A stretch of DNA of 64,000 nt from an uncultured delta proteobacterium (GTDB lineage: Bacteria; Myxococcota_A; Polyangia; Polyangiales; Polyangiaceae): positions 512,001-576,000 of the forward strand of contig CAWKKR010000008.1 of assembly GCA_963850305.1 (NCBI GenBank), read 5' to 3'. Below, piece by piece: positions 40,045-50,437 of this stretch. Positions within the stretch are counted from its first letter, which is position 1; each line of letters begins with the position of its first letter. Position numbers and translations under genes: made by a program. The notes below the pieces were generated by a model. The model was not told where the DNA came from. It did no database searches and saw only the letters and a list, made by a program, of their open reading frames with translations.

Positions 40045-40608
40045 TCACTTACCCGCGCGATAAAATCCTGCGCCGGATGCGTAGAGGACCGTGGGCGCAT
40101 TCTTCGGAGTCAGCTTGAGCGCCTCGGCTGCCTCCGTATCCAGATAAAGACCGGGGCCCCAACCCTCCGGCTGATCTTCGTCGACGCGGGAAGCGGCATC
40201 CGCATAGAGAGCGCGACGGAGCGGCTCGCTTGGATTCGACAGCGTGACGACCGCAGCTTCGCCGACGAACTCACTCGAAACGGACGACTCTCGGTCTTCG
40301 ACCCAGCGGCCACCGTGCGTGACCGCTCCGACGGTCGGAAAACCTCCTTCGTCGAGCCGCGTCCGTACGAAGCGAGCCCACCGAACAGGGTTTTCGGTCT
40401 CCGCGCCCTCGGCGACTTCGGCGTAATGAGCGTGGCCGAAGTCGAGGATATTCACGTCGCGACCGAGTGGAAGGTCGCGAACGCACCCGCGCACGATCTC
40501 GCGAAAGGCCCGGAACCTGGTCACGAACTGGTCGCGTTCGAGACCGTATTCATCATCCTCAACGTGGAAGTACGACAGCCAGATCCCATACGCGTTCTCG
40601 TCGATCAT
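40045..40608 (-). CDS. Hypothetical protein, possibly nucleotide-cyclase-like fold
   Basis: 187-aa ORF with natural composition; only weak motif resemblance. Confidence 0.55.
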   Translation of the reverse strand: MIDENAYGIWLSYFHVEDDEYGLERDQFVTRFRAFREIVRGCVRDLPLGRDVNILDFGHAHYAEVAEGAETENPVRWARFVRTRLDEGGFPTVGAVTHGGRWVEDRESSVSSEFVGEAAVVTLSNPSEPLRRALYADAASRVDEDQPEGWGPGLYLDTEAAEALKLTPKNAPTVLYASGAGFYRAGK

Positions 40609-40965
40609 GAAGGTGTTGCCTGCAGGGCGTTCCGAGCATCGATGCGCCTCGGCCGATCCTCGGGTTTGGCCGGGCGGAAGCGACTCGCTAGAGCGGACCG
40701 TGAGCAGCGATGGCGGGCTGCCTGATCCGTGCCGTGTTGACGGGTGTTCGGGCGATCACGGAACTCGACCGCGTCGCAGTCTACGCGACCACAATTTCAT
40801 TCGGTCGTCCGAGATCACGAGAGGGCCTCCAGAAGAGAAGCGCCGACGGTATCACTTTTCGGCGCGACCGGAGCCGACCGCCTTCGCGCCACTCGCAAGC
40901 GGGAGGGCACTCACTCGGACCGGGCCGTTGCCGAGGAGGCGCGGGCCACGGTACGCTGCTTTCCC

Positions 40966-42291
40966 ATGGAACTCCTTTCGCCGGGCATCGTTCTTGCGGC
41001 GTACGCCGAACCTCTGCTCGAAGGTCGCCGGGTCGTCGTCTTCGGGGACGGCACGTCGGCCCTTTCGGCCGAACTCGTGGAGAGGGGTGCGCGCACGGTC
41101 CACGTCTACGATCCGGAGACCTCCCGCGCGGCGGTCGCCGCCGGCAGAAATCGCTCGAAGCAGATATCGGTGGTGCCCCTCGACGAGGCGGACGTCGCGA
41201 TCCGTGACGGCGCGTTCGACGTCGCAATCGTCGAAGACCTCTGCGACGCAACGGAACCTGCCGCTCTCCTGAAGCGCGTTCGTCGCGCCCTGTCGCAGCG
41301 AGGCGTCGCGATCGTGGCGTCGCCGAACGCGGAGGCACGGCGCGCCCTCGTGCCTCGAACGGGCGCCGGACGTGGCGCCAGCATCGGATATTACGAACTC
41401 TATGACGCCGTCGCCGCGGAATTCCCGGAAGTGCGCATGCTCGGCCAGACGCCTTTCGTGGGGTACGCCATCGTGGACTTTGCCCCCGAGGGCGAACCGG
41501 ACGTGCGCATCGACAGCGGATTGGTGCCCGGTGGCGCCGAGGAGCCGGAGTGGTTCGTCGCGCTGGCAAGCCGCCACCCGGTCGAGTGCGACGCCTTTGG
41601 ACTCGTGCAGCTACCTTCGGCGCGCGTGCTCGGCCGGCGCGAAGTGGACGAGGAACTCGCCGCGGAGCTGAGAGCGGCACGAGCCAACGAGGCGCGCCTG
41701 GTCGATCGCGTCGCGGTCCTGGAACGCTCGCAGCTCGACGCGAGCGCGAAGGCCGCCACGCTCGACGGGTCGACAGCGAGGATCGCCGCGCTGGAAGCCG
41801 AGCTCGCAGGCGCGACCGAACGCTTCGAACGAGAGCTTCGTCACGTCCGCGGAGAAAGCGAGTCATCGTTGAATCGGATCCGCGCGCTGAGTCTCGAAAA
41901 GCAAGCCCTCGAAGAGACGCTCGCGACCGAACGGACCGCCCAGGTAGAGCTCGCCGCCGCGGTCGCTCGAAAAAGCGAGGAACTCACGCACCTCAGGGCC
42001 ACGGCGTCTCCGCCGGAGGACGAGGAGATTGCGCGCCTGGAATCCAATCTGAAGGAGCGTGGAGAGCGCGTTCGAGAGCTCGAAACGGATCTGCGCGAGT
42101 CGGAACGATTGGGGCACGAGCTCATCCGCGAACTCGCGAAGCATCGCGGTGAGACGGATCGAGCGGGCGTGTCGGGGACGGACGTGCTGGCAACGCAAAA
42201 TGCCCGACTTCTCGCCGATCTCGAAGCGGCGGGGTGGACCATCCAGGAGCTGGAAGAGCGCCTCTCACGAACCGCCACGGCCGCGCGTTGA
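40966..42291 (+). CDS. Methyltransferase-like domain plus long coiled coil
   Basis: RRVVVFGDG, DGAFDVAIV, RALSQRGVAIV, then an E/L/R-rich heptad region. Confidence 0.6.
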   Translation: MELLSPGIVLAAYAEPLLEGRRVVVFGDGTSALSAELVERGARTVHVYDPETSRAAVAAGRNRSKQISVVPLDEADVAIRDGAFDVAIVEDLCDATEPAALLKRVRRALSQRGVAIVASPNAEARRALVPRTGAGRGASIGYYELYDAVAAEFPEVRMLGQTPFVGYAIVDFAPEGEPDVRIDSGLVPGGAEEPEWFVALASRHPVECDAFGLVQLPSARVLGRREVDEELAAELRAARANEARLVDRVAVLERSQLDASAKAATLDGSTARIAALEAELAGATERFERELRHVRGESESSLNRIRALSLEKQALEETLATERTAQVELAAAVARKSEELTHLRATASPPEDEEIARLESNLKERGERVRELETDLRESERLGHELIRELAKHRGETDRAGVSGTDVLATQNARLLADLEAAGWTIQELEERLSRTATAAR

Positions 42292-42345
42292 CAGGCTCGC
42301 GGGGCGACTTAGCTTCAGGCGGCATTGTAGCCGCCGACAGCCAGC

Positions 42346-43446
42346 ATGACCGACAAGCGCGACTATTATGAGGTGTTGGGCGTCTCCCGGGACGCTGCAG
42401 AAGACGACATCCGCCGGGCGTACAAGCAAGCGGCGCTCAAGCATCACCCGGATCGAAATCCCGGAGACACCGCCGCGGAACACAAGTTCAAGGAAGCGAC
42501 GGAGGCGTACAGCGTTCTATCGAGCCAAGAGAAGCGCTCGACGTATGACCGGTTCGGTCACGCAGGGCTCGATGGGCGCAGCGATTTTCAGGGAGCGGGC
42601 ATCGGGGACATCCTGAGCCACTTCCAGGATCTGTTTTCGGATTTTTTTGGTGGAGGGTTCGGCGGGGGGTTCGCGGGGCAGAGCCGGCGCGGCCCACCGC
42701 GGGGCGCGGACGTCCGGGTCGACGCCACCATCACGCTCGAGGACACGATCGTCGGCTGCAAGCACGAGGTGACCATCCAGGGCAACGCTCCGTGCGAAGA
42801 CTGCGGCGGCAGCGGCGCGAAACCCGGCACCAAGCCGGAGAAGTGCCCGCAATGCGGTGGCGCGGGTCAGGTCGGAACACAGCGCGGGTTCGTCATGTTC
42901 ACGACCGCCTGCTCGCGCTGTCGCGGGAACGGCCAGCTCATTCAAAGCCCGTGCGCAGGGTGCGAGGGTTCGGGCAGCGTCAGCAAGAAGCGGAAGGTCG
43001 TGGTGAGTTTCCCGGCGGGCATCGACGCGGGGCAACGGCTACGCGTGCCGGGCCAGGGAATGCCGGGACCCGCAGGAGCTGCGGCGGGCGATCTGTACGT
43101 CGACGTCGACATCGAGCCGCACCCGCGGTTCGAGCGACAGGGCTACGATCTCGTCACGAAGGAGCGGATTTCATTTCCGCAGGCGACGCTCGGGACCGAG
43201 CTGTCGATCGAATTGCCCGGCGGCGGCCCGATGACGGCGAAGGTACCTGCGGGGACGCAACCCGGAGCGGTTCTGTCGCTTCGCGGAAAAGGCATTCCTC
43301 ATCTGGATCGCGGAGCGCGCGGCAACGTTCATGTCGTCATCGAGGTCGAGGTTCCGAAGCGACTCAGCAAGAACGCAAAGCGTCTGCTCGAGGAGCTCCA
43401 GGCGGAGCTCGGTGAAACTGCTCGCGCACGCACGGAAGCGCCCTGA
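42346..43446 (+). CDS. dnaJ: Molecular chaperone DnaJ
   Basis: J domain with HPD, G/F region, four CxxCxGxG repeats, C-terminal domain. Confidence 0.95.
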   Translation: MTDKRDYYEVLGVSRDAAEDDIRRAYKQAALKHHPDRNPGDTAAEHKFKEATEAYSVLSSQEKRSTYDRFGHAGLDGRSDFQGAGIGDILSHFQDLFSDFFGGGFGGGFAGQSRRGPPRGADVRVDATITLEDTIVGCKHEVTIQGNAPCEDCGGSGAKPGTKPEKCPQCGGAGQVGTQRGFVMFTTACSRCRGNGQLIQSPCAGCEGSGSVSKKRKVVVSFPAGIDAGQRLRVPGQGMPGPAGAAAGDLYVDVDIEPHPRFERQGYDLVTKERISFPQATLGTELSIELPGGGPMTAKVPAGTQPGAVLSLRGKGIPHLDRGARGNVHVVIEVEVPKRLSKNAKRLLEELQAELGETARARTEAP

Positions 43447-43475
43447 AACTGTCGCGCCCCCACTTCGGTATCGCT

Positions 43476-44057
43476 TCAACCCTTGAGGCGCGACTGGAAC
43501 CGCGCCTCTGCCGCCGTTCCGAGCGCCGCCGCCACCGTTGCAATGAGCGATCGTTCTGCGACGCTGACCGATCTGCCGAAGCCGAACAGGCTGCCGCTCG
43601 CCTCCGCGACTCTCGCGCATAGATCGACGACGTTGGCCGTGTCGGCGCCCGTCCTCTCCGCGAGATCCCGAACGAGCATGAGTGACTGCGCCATGAAGCT
43701 GTCCGAGGGGCGCTGCTCGAGGAGCGTCTCCATGAGGATGCCAGCATCGCTCTCGGCATCGATCCCGCGCTCCCGGACGATCGACAGGATCTGCGCCCGC
43801 TCGGCCCGCTGGATCTTGCCGTCCGCCCACGCGACGTGAACGAGCGGCAGGAGGTCCACCACCTTGACGGACTCCCTCGTGAACCCGAGCTGTTCGAGGC
43901 GGTCGATGATCGACGTGTCGTCGGTGCCCGCGGCTTCGGCCAGCGCCCGGCGCTGCGCAATACGGTCGGCCGCAGCGTCGATCTTCAAACGGAGCTCTTC
44001 GCGACGGCGAAGCGTGGCCGCAAGAAAAGGGTTCTTCTCGTCGATGGAGGCGCTCAT
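43476..44057 (-). CDS. TerB-like protein
   Basis: LPLVHVAWADGKIQRAER, VAEASG...VSVAER; start placed at MSASID. Confidence 0.65.
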   Translation of the reverse strand: MSASIDEKNPFLAATLRRREELRLKIDAAADRIAQRRALAEAAGTDDTSIIDRLEQLGFTRESVKVVDLLPLVHVAWADGKIQRAERAQILSIVRERGIDAESDAGILMETLLEQRPSDSFMAQSLMLVRDLAERTGADTANVVDLCARVAEASGSLFGFGRSVSVAERSLIATVAAALGTAAEARFQSRLKG

Positions 44058-44121
44058 CGGTCCGACAGGCGTAGCATGAACGTCCGAAAAACCGCCATGG
44101 CGGCGCGGCCGAAGCGAAAAA

Positions 44122-45138
44122 TCAGCGGCGCGTGACCGTCCCGTCGGAGGCGATCTCGACCGCGACGGACCGTCCCCCCGTGGCGGCCGCAGACAGCGAC
44201 GCGCGGAGGTTGCCGTCGGTCGTCGGGTCGACGACGACGCGGGCGAGCGGGTCGAGCGTCTTCCCCGGCAGGCGAACGAGCGACAAGGGGCCTGGCCACA
44301 CGGGCCGTCCGTCGGGCGACCAGCGGCTCGCAAAGACATACCCCGGCGAACCGGGAGCGCCGCTCTCTCCGAGCCGGAACATCATGAGGCTGTCCGGCGT
44401 GTCGAGGCCGAACGAAGGCGGTGCCGCGGTCGGCCAGGTCCAGGGCAACGCAACTCCGTCGCTACCCCACGTTCGCTCGCCGTTCTCGTTCAGCAGCTGG
44501 AGGGTCGCGCCACCCGGGTACCCGACCGCAAGAACCCACCCGCGGCGCGGCCAGTAGAGAACGGACAGCGTCTGGCAAGCATCGACGTGAAGCGCGTCGT
44601 AGTCGGCGAATGCACCGCCGTCGTCGGCCCAGCGACGGAAAGCGACGCTGTCGGTCGAACCGTTGCACCAGGCGAGCCCCACGTGCCCGTCGGGACCCGG
44701 GACGAGCGTCGGCTCCATGACGCCGGGATTCACGCCGCCGACGGGGTGCTCCTTGCTCCAGATGACGGTCCCCTGACCGTCGAGAAGCCAGACGAGCGGG
44801 TGGGCGTCGCCGCGCGTGGCCTGAAGAAGGACTGCCGCGCGTCCGTCGTCGACCGATGCCACCTGAAAGGCGAGCGGATACGGAACAGGGGTGCCGAAAT
44901 GTGCTTCGAGCCTCGGTCGGTTGCGCTCCAGAATCGCGTCCGGGCGTGCCACGACACCGCGACGGGCTTCGACGCGGAGATCGAGCGCCGCGATCGCCGA
45001 TGAAACGGTCACGAACGAAGGCGAAGCTACCGCGACGGCCGCAACGACGCTCGGAACCGGACGCACGTTCTCCGCTGCCGCCCGTCCGCGGCAGCCAGCC
45101 AGCGCCACGACGCCCGCGAGCACGGCGAACCCCTTCAC
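44122..45138 (-). CDS. Hypothetical lipoprotein, beta-rich
   Basis: Lipobox LAGC after a hydrophobic leader. Confidence 0.65.
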   Translation of the reverse strand: MKGFAVLAGVVALAGCRGRAAAENVRPVPSVVAAVAVASPSFVTVSSAIAALDLRVEARRGVVARPDAILERNRPRLEAHFGTPVPYPLAFQVASVDDGRAAVLLQATRGDAHPLVWLLDGQGTVIWSKEHPVGGVNPGVMEPTLVPGPDGHVGLAWCNGSTDSVAFRRWADDGGAFADYDALHVDACQTLSVLYWPRRGWVLAVGYPGGATLQLLNENGERTWGSDGVALPWTWPTAAPPSFGLDTPDSLMMFRLGESGAPGSPGYVFASRWSPDGRPVWPGPLSLVRLPGKTLDPLARVVVDPTTDGNLRASLSAAATGGRSVAVEIASDGTVTRR

Positions 45139-46565
45139 GCGATCCTCGGCAAGGGCACCGAGCGATCCGCGAGACGCCGGAGAGCGGCCGCAGCGAGGAT
45201 CGTGAACGCCGGAGTCACGACGAGGTGATATCGATCGTCACCGAAAAACACGGCGTGGGTCAGCGCCGTGACGAACACCCAGCCGAGCAGAAATCGCTCC
45301 ACGGTGGACGCGGGCGGTGCACCGGGCAGCGGCAAGAATCCCACGATGGGGAGCGCCACGACGAGGAGCCAGAATGGATGAAGGTCGCCGATCGCCGCGT
45401 AGACCGCGAATCCGAGGATAGCGAGCAGCAGGGTGGATTGAACCGCCGTTCCGACCCCGCCCACGCGCCGTGGCGACGGGAGCGCAACGAGACTGAGAGC
45501 CGCCGCGACCAACAAGATCTGATGAAACACCGTGAGCAGCGCGCGCCCCGCGACCCGACGCGACTCCGGCCAGCCCCCCGGATCGGCCTCGTGCAGGTAC
45601 TCGATCGGAAAAGACTCGTGATCGAAGGTCTGCGCGAGCTTCTTCGGGATCATCTCGACCCATCTCAGCGGATTGCTCGCGATCGTTTCCGCGCCGACCC
45701 CCGCCCAGCAACGGTCCTGCTGCACCTGGCCCGTCACGACGGCGCAGCCGTCCGTTGCATGGATGGCGTAAAAGCGCCCTGTCGGAGTGAGTGCGCCGAT
45801 CGCGAGGTTCCAGCCGCCGTTGGTCGACACGAGAGCACAGCCATCCATCACGCGACAGTTGCGATACGACCAGGGCACGACGGTGAGCAACGCGACGAGT
45901 GACACGACGGTGCCGCGAACCAGCGCGCGGGTCTTCGACAACGGGAGGAGCAATGCGGCAAGCGGCGCAGCGAGCAGCGCGGACGGGCGTACCAGGGCCG
46001 CGAGGCCGAACGCGATGCCCGCGAGAATCGTGCTCGACCAGCGGAGACTTCGCGCCGCGATCCACGCGCCGGTGAGCACCAGGAGCGCGCACGGGATCTC
46101 GCTCATCAGGACGGCTGAGTACACGATGAGGCCTGGGTGGAGCGCGGTGAGCGTCGCGGCGATACGGGCCCGGTTCACGGTCACGGCGCGGAGCGCCAAT
46201 CGGTGGACGACGACGACGAGGAGAGTGCCAATCACCGCGTTGACGATGGGCGCCACGAGTAGGCCGCTCCCGAAGATCCGATAGGCACCCGCCAGGAGCG
46301 CGCTGTACCCGACGGGATAGTGCGCCCATGGGTGCCACGTCCGGACGCCGTTCACGAAGACGTCGTCCGAATAGCCGAATCCCTCTGCGATGCGCGTCGC
46401 GCCGAAATGATAGTAGTGCCCGTCCCAGACGGGCTCACGCGACCATGCCAGCGCGACGAACAGGCGAGGCAAGAACGCCACTACGGCAACGACGGCTGTG
46501 AAGGCCACGTCCACGCCCCCTCGCCAGCTTTGCCCCTGCTCCGTGACCGGACCGGCGACGGTCAC
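45135..46565 (-). CDS. GT-C membrane glycosyltransferase (ArnT/PMT family 39-like)
   Basis: PVWDGHYY, HYPVGY, MSE, LVRP, STNGGWN, RYH; many TM segments; GTGA overlap with the upstream stop. Confidence 0.7.
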   Translation of the reverse strand: MTVAGPVTEQGQSWRGGVDVAFTAVVAVVAFLPRLFVALAWSREPVWDGHYYHFGATRIAEGFGYSDDVFVNGVRTWHPWAHYPVGYSALLAGAYRIFGSGLLVAPIVNAVIGTLLVVVVHRLALRAVTVNRARIAATLTALHPGLIVYSAVLMSEIPCALLVLTGAWIAARSLRWSSTILAGIAFGLAALVRPSALLAAPLAALLLPLSKTRALVRGTVVSLVALLTVVPWSYRNCRVMDGCALVSTNGGWNLAIGALTPTGRFYAIHATDGCAVVTGQVQQDRCWAGVGAETIASNPLRWVEMIPKKLAQTFDHESFPIEYLHEADPGGWPESRRVAGRALLTVFHQILLVAAALSLVALPSPRRVGGVGTAVQSTLLLAILGFAVYAAIGDLHPFWLLVVALPIVGFLPLPGAPPASTVERFLLGWVFVTALTHAVFFGDDRYHLVVTPAFTILAAAALRRLADRSVPLPRIA

Positions 46566-48150
46566 CGCGGCCCCTGGCTCTCCGTGGCGCGCAGCCACTC
46601 GCGGAATCGTCGGAGATAGGTGCGAGTGACTTGCGTGGGATCGAGGTTCAGGCAGCGAGCAACCTCGTGCACGAAGCCCCGCGCATAGACGAACGCGGGC
46701 AGGCCGCCGAAATCCTCGCTCTCGATGGCCCGCAGATAAGGCAAGGAAATTTTCGTTCGCGCCGCGATTTCCTCGAGCTCGGTGCCCAGCGATTCGCGCA
46801 CCTTGCGCAGCAGCGGGCCAGTGAACTCCGTCTCCGCGTTGATCTCTCTGGCGAGCTCGGCCCGCAGCATCGCGCGCTCGGCCTCGACCGCCGCGTCCAC
46901 GGCGGGATTGCGAGGGACGGACGCTTCGTCGTCCTGGGGAAACGTGGAGACGTCGTAGGCTCGACGCCGGAGCGGGTCGAGCAGGGTGTCGTGCGCCTCG
47001 TCGATGCGCGCCTGCTCGGCGCGGAGCGCCTCTTCCGTGAGGAGCGACGTGAGCGACAGGCTCCCGCTCTGGTAGATCTCGCGCTGTCTCTTGTGGGCCC
47101 GACGGAGCTCGTCGTCCGTCGCGCTCCTGTGCGTGAGGAGCACGTCGTAGAGGTTCGGCTCGTCGGCCACGAGGGGAATCAGTGCCGCCTCGCGCGCCTC
47201 GGCGCGATTCGTCGCGAGCGCGAGCACGCGCCGCGCGATCCGTTCGATGTTGCGTGCGCTCTTGCTCGTCGGGCTGTCGACGAGGAGCGGTCTGCTCCGA
47301 ACGACGCTGAGCCACACGGCGTCGTCCTGTTCGACATGACCCACGTAGTCGAACGAGACGCCCAGATGGCGACGCGCCATATCGACCATCGCCGAACCGA
47401 GATCGGCGTCCGGGCGCAGGCGGGCGCCGTTGACGACCAGGCGCGGGCGGAGCTGTGACAGCTCCATCGCGGCGAGCTCGCCCAGCCCGATTTCATAACG
47501 CGCGAGCGCGCGAACAATCTCCTGAGGCTCCGCAAGGGGGGGTAAGTCCGCGTACGCCCTCTCCGCGAGACGGCTCTTGAAGCGGTCCTTGACGAGAACG
47601 CGACGAAGTTTGCGCTGAAAGAGCGCGCGGGCGAACCGGTACGCACCCTCGACGCTCGGCGGCTCGGGGGTGGCGACGAGAAGACCGATGTCCGCTCCGA
47701 GAAAAAGATCGAGCGCCGACGGCGCCGTCCCCGCTCCGAGATCGAGCAGCACGTAGTCGACATCCAGCGACCGGACTCCCCTCACCCACCTCGGCTTGCG
47801 GCCGGGGCGGACCGGAACCGTCGAGCCCACAGCGTACCGCTGCGGGAGCAGGCGGAGGCCCGGGACGGGCGTCGGCACCAGCTCGAGCCCCTCGTCGCCT
47901 CCCTCGACCTCGTGCAACCCGGGTCCGAGGGAGAGACCCAGCATCGTGTGGAGCTGAGCGCCCGAGACGTCCGCGTCCACCAACACCACGCGCCGTCCGA
48001 GCTGGGCGAGGTAAACGGCGAGGTTCACCGCAGTTACGCTGACCCCGACGCCGCCACGACCGCCCGCGACGGCAATGACGTGGCGCGCGCCCCCGGGGGG
48101 GACAGGCCCCGTAGGTCGCCCGCCGGGTCGCGGAGCTCGGCGTCCGACAT
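46562..48150 (-). CDS. MinD/FlhG-like P-loop domain plus J-like domain plus RodZ-type HTH; probable frameshift near 48095
   Basis: VIAVAGGRGGVGVS, VLVDAD, LLDLGAG; NLYDVL J-like domain; LRKVRESLG...YLRAIE...YARGF HTH; ATG at 48150 is out of frame across a homopolymer run. Confidence 0.7.
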
Positions 48151-48236
48151 CGGTGACGCCGTGTACCTTACCGTGACCAGGGTCGCTCGCCCGAAGATCT
48201 GTCGCCGAATCGCGAAGTGTGATTTAGGCTCGCGTC

Positions 48237-49235
48237 ATGCCCTTCTGGAGAAGCGTCGGGAACACCGTCGCCCTCACCCTGGTGAACCTGAACGTGGCCA
48301 CCTGCCGGTCCCCCGCGGAGGAGGGCGGGCATGACCAGGCCGCTGTCGACGAGCCCCAGATAGTGAAGCTCGACGGCGTGGACACCTCGGCGCTGACGCC
48401 GCGGGAACAAAAGGAGTGGTCCACCTACGTGTCCGAGTTGCTGGCGCCCTGCTCGGACCAGCCCGTGAGCATCGCTCAGTGCATCAAGGAATCGCGGCCG
48501 TGCTCTCTCTGCCTGCCCGCGGCGAAGTTCCTCGTCTCCCGCGTGACCCGGGGCGGAACGCGGTCGCAGGTCGAGACAGCGTTCCGCCTGCGGTTCGCGT
48601 CGGATCAGGTCAAGACCGTCGACGAAGGGGACTCGCCCTCGAAGGGTCCGAAGGATGCGCCCGTGGTCGTCGTCGAGTGGGCGGATTTCCAGTGTCCTTA
48701 TTGCGGCGCCGCGTCGCCCGTCTTGAACAAGCTGGTCGAGCAGTACCCGGACAGCGTTCGTCTGGTGTTCAAGAATTATCCGCTGTCGAGCCATGAACAC
48801 TCGGAAATCGCGGCCCGCGCCGCCCTCGCCGCGATGAAGCAGGGTAAGTTCTGGGAGATGCACGACGCGCTCTTCGCCGACCAGCAGAGCGGACTCGACC
48901 GCGACGAAATCCTGCGCCTCGCAAGAGAGCTGGGTCTGGACGAGAAGAAGTTCGTCGCCGACATGGACAGTGAAGCCGTCGCGGACGCGGTGAACGTGGA
49001 CCGCAAGCAGGCCGAGAAGCTCGACCTGCGCGGGACACCGATGATCTACATCAACGGGCGTCACTTCGATCTCGAGCAGTTCAATCTGCTCGAGGATCTG
49101 AACGACTGGGTGGAGCTGGAGATCGAACAGCGCACGGGGAAGAAAGTGACGGCGAGGGCGGTGGGTGCGCCGGGCGCGGGAGCGCCTGCAAGCTCGGCGA
49201 CGACTCCCCCCGCGGATTCTGTGAAGAAACCATGA
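48237..49235 (+). CDS. DsbA-family thioredoxin-like protein
   Basis: KGPKDAPV, DFQCPYC, QGKFWEMHD, GTP. Confidence 0.85.
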   Translation: MPFWRSVGNTVALTLVNLNVATCRSPAEEGGHDQAAVDEPQIVKLDGVDTSALTPREQKEWSTYVSELLAPCSDQPVSIAQCIKESRPCSLCLPAAKFLVSRVTRGGTRSQVETAFRLRFASDQVKTVDEGDSPSKGPKDAPVVVVEWADFQCPYCGAASPVLNKLVEQYPDSVRLVFKNYPLSSHEHSEIAARAALAAMKQGKFWEMHDALFADQQSGLDRDEILRLARELGLDEKKFVADMDSEAVADAVNVDRKQAEKLDLRGTPMIYINGRHFDLEQFNLLEDLNDWVELEIEQRTGKKVTARAVGAPGAGAPASSATTPPADSVKKP

Positions 49236-49973
49236 GGGCCAGTGAAGAGGGGGGTGGCTGCTTTCCGACGGGCCGTCACTATCCCGGCATCGCGCATCTG
49301 CTCAGGATCGTCGCGCAAGGTCTCGCGGACGAGGTCGATGGCTCGTCGTCGATACACGACGTCGTCATGGTGTCGATCGATACGGAAACGACGGGGATGG
49401 ATCCCGCCGTCGATCGCATCGTCGAGCTGGCCGCCGTCGTCTATCACCGCGGCGAAACGATCTCCGCGGCACCGCTGGCTGGTGAATCCCGGGCGCCCGA
49501 TCCCGAAGGAGGCATTCGACGTGCACGGAATCAGCGACGACGCCGTTTCCGGCATGCCACCCTTCGCGGACGTCTGCGGTGAGATCCTGGCCGTGCTCGA
49601 GAGCAAAGTGCCGCTCGCTTATAACGCGGACTTCGATCGCGCGTTCCTGCTCGAGGAACTCGGGCGGGCGAGCGTCGGGGGAAGAGCCCTGCCCCCCGCC
49701 GCTCGTCGTGGCGTGGAATGGGTGGACCCCCTCGTCTGGGCGCGAGAGATCCAGAAGGAGGAGAAGAGCCGGGCCCTCGCGGACGTGGCGGAACGACTCG
49801 GCATCCCGCTCGAGAAGGCACACAGCGCGGTCCATGACGCGGAAGCTGCGGCTCATGTCCTCGGCGCGTTCCTCGCGGACGACCGCGTGCCGGGGACCTA
49901 CGCGGCGTTCATCCAGGAGCAACGCCGCGTCGCGCGGCTCCATGAGGAAGACCGCCCGTACTGGCGCAAGTAG
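49232..49973 (+). CDS. DEDDh 3'-5' exonuclease (DnaQ-like), frameshifted near 49465
   Basis: IDTETTG (Exo I) in ORF 49232; VNPGRPIP, HGI, AYNADFD, AHSAVHDA in ORF 49242. Confidence 0.85.
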
Positions 49974-50006
49974 TTCCGCATCGACGCGCGCACCGTCCCC
50001 GAGGGA

Positions 50007-50207
50007 TCAAAGAGGCGCACAACTTCGCGGCTTCTCGACCGGCTCCTCGCGCTCGGCGTCCACGATGACCTCGACGAGGTCACGGCAGCCGCCGCAGCCG
50101 GTGGTCGCGCCGCAAACCGAGCCGACCGCAGCGGCAGAGTCGGCCCCACGACGTACGGCGTCGCGAATTTCTCTCTCGGTCACGCAATGGCAATGGCAGA
50201 CGAGCAT
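50007..50207 (-). CDS. bfd: Bacterioferritin-associated ferredoxin
   Basis: MLVCHCHCV...CGGC; adjacent to bfr. Confidence 0.88.
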   Translation of the reverse strand: MLVCHCHCVTEREIRDAVRRGADSAAAVGSVCGATTGCGGCRDLVEVIVDAEREEPVEKPRSCAPL

Positions 50208-50228
50208 CGACTTCCCGTGCAACCTAGC

Positions 50229-50251
50229 ATATTGAAATTGACTTTCAATAT
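50229..50251. promoter_or_regulatory. Fur-like box ATATTGAAA-TTGAC-TTTCAATAT
   Basis: Perfect AT-rich 9-5-9 inverted repeat in a GC-rich genome, 21 bp upstream of bfd, between divergent bfd and bfr. Confidence 0.75.
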
Positions 50252-50437
50252 CGACTGACCGAGTTCCTCTAACTCGGGCTCGGGCTCATCCCGACCCGGC
50301 CTCCTCCCGGCGTTCTTCCACGAGTAACCATCGGTAATAACTGCTGTTTACGGCACGCTAGATACGAGCGGGTTGGTTTGGTGTTTTGACGGGGACCGAT
50401 TCCCGGCGACGGCACTAGAGTCAACGGAGAGGACGAT

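Noticed and set aside
46566..47315. N-terminal extension of the GT-C ORF
   Set aside because: Overlaps the MinD-J-HTH gene; the GTGA overlap at 46565 is the more plausible start.
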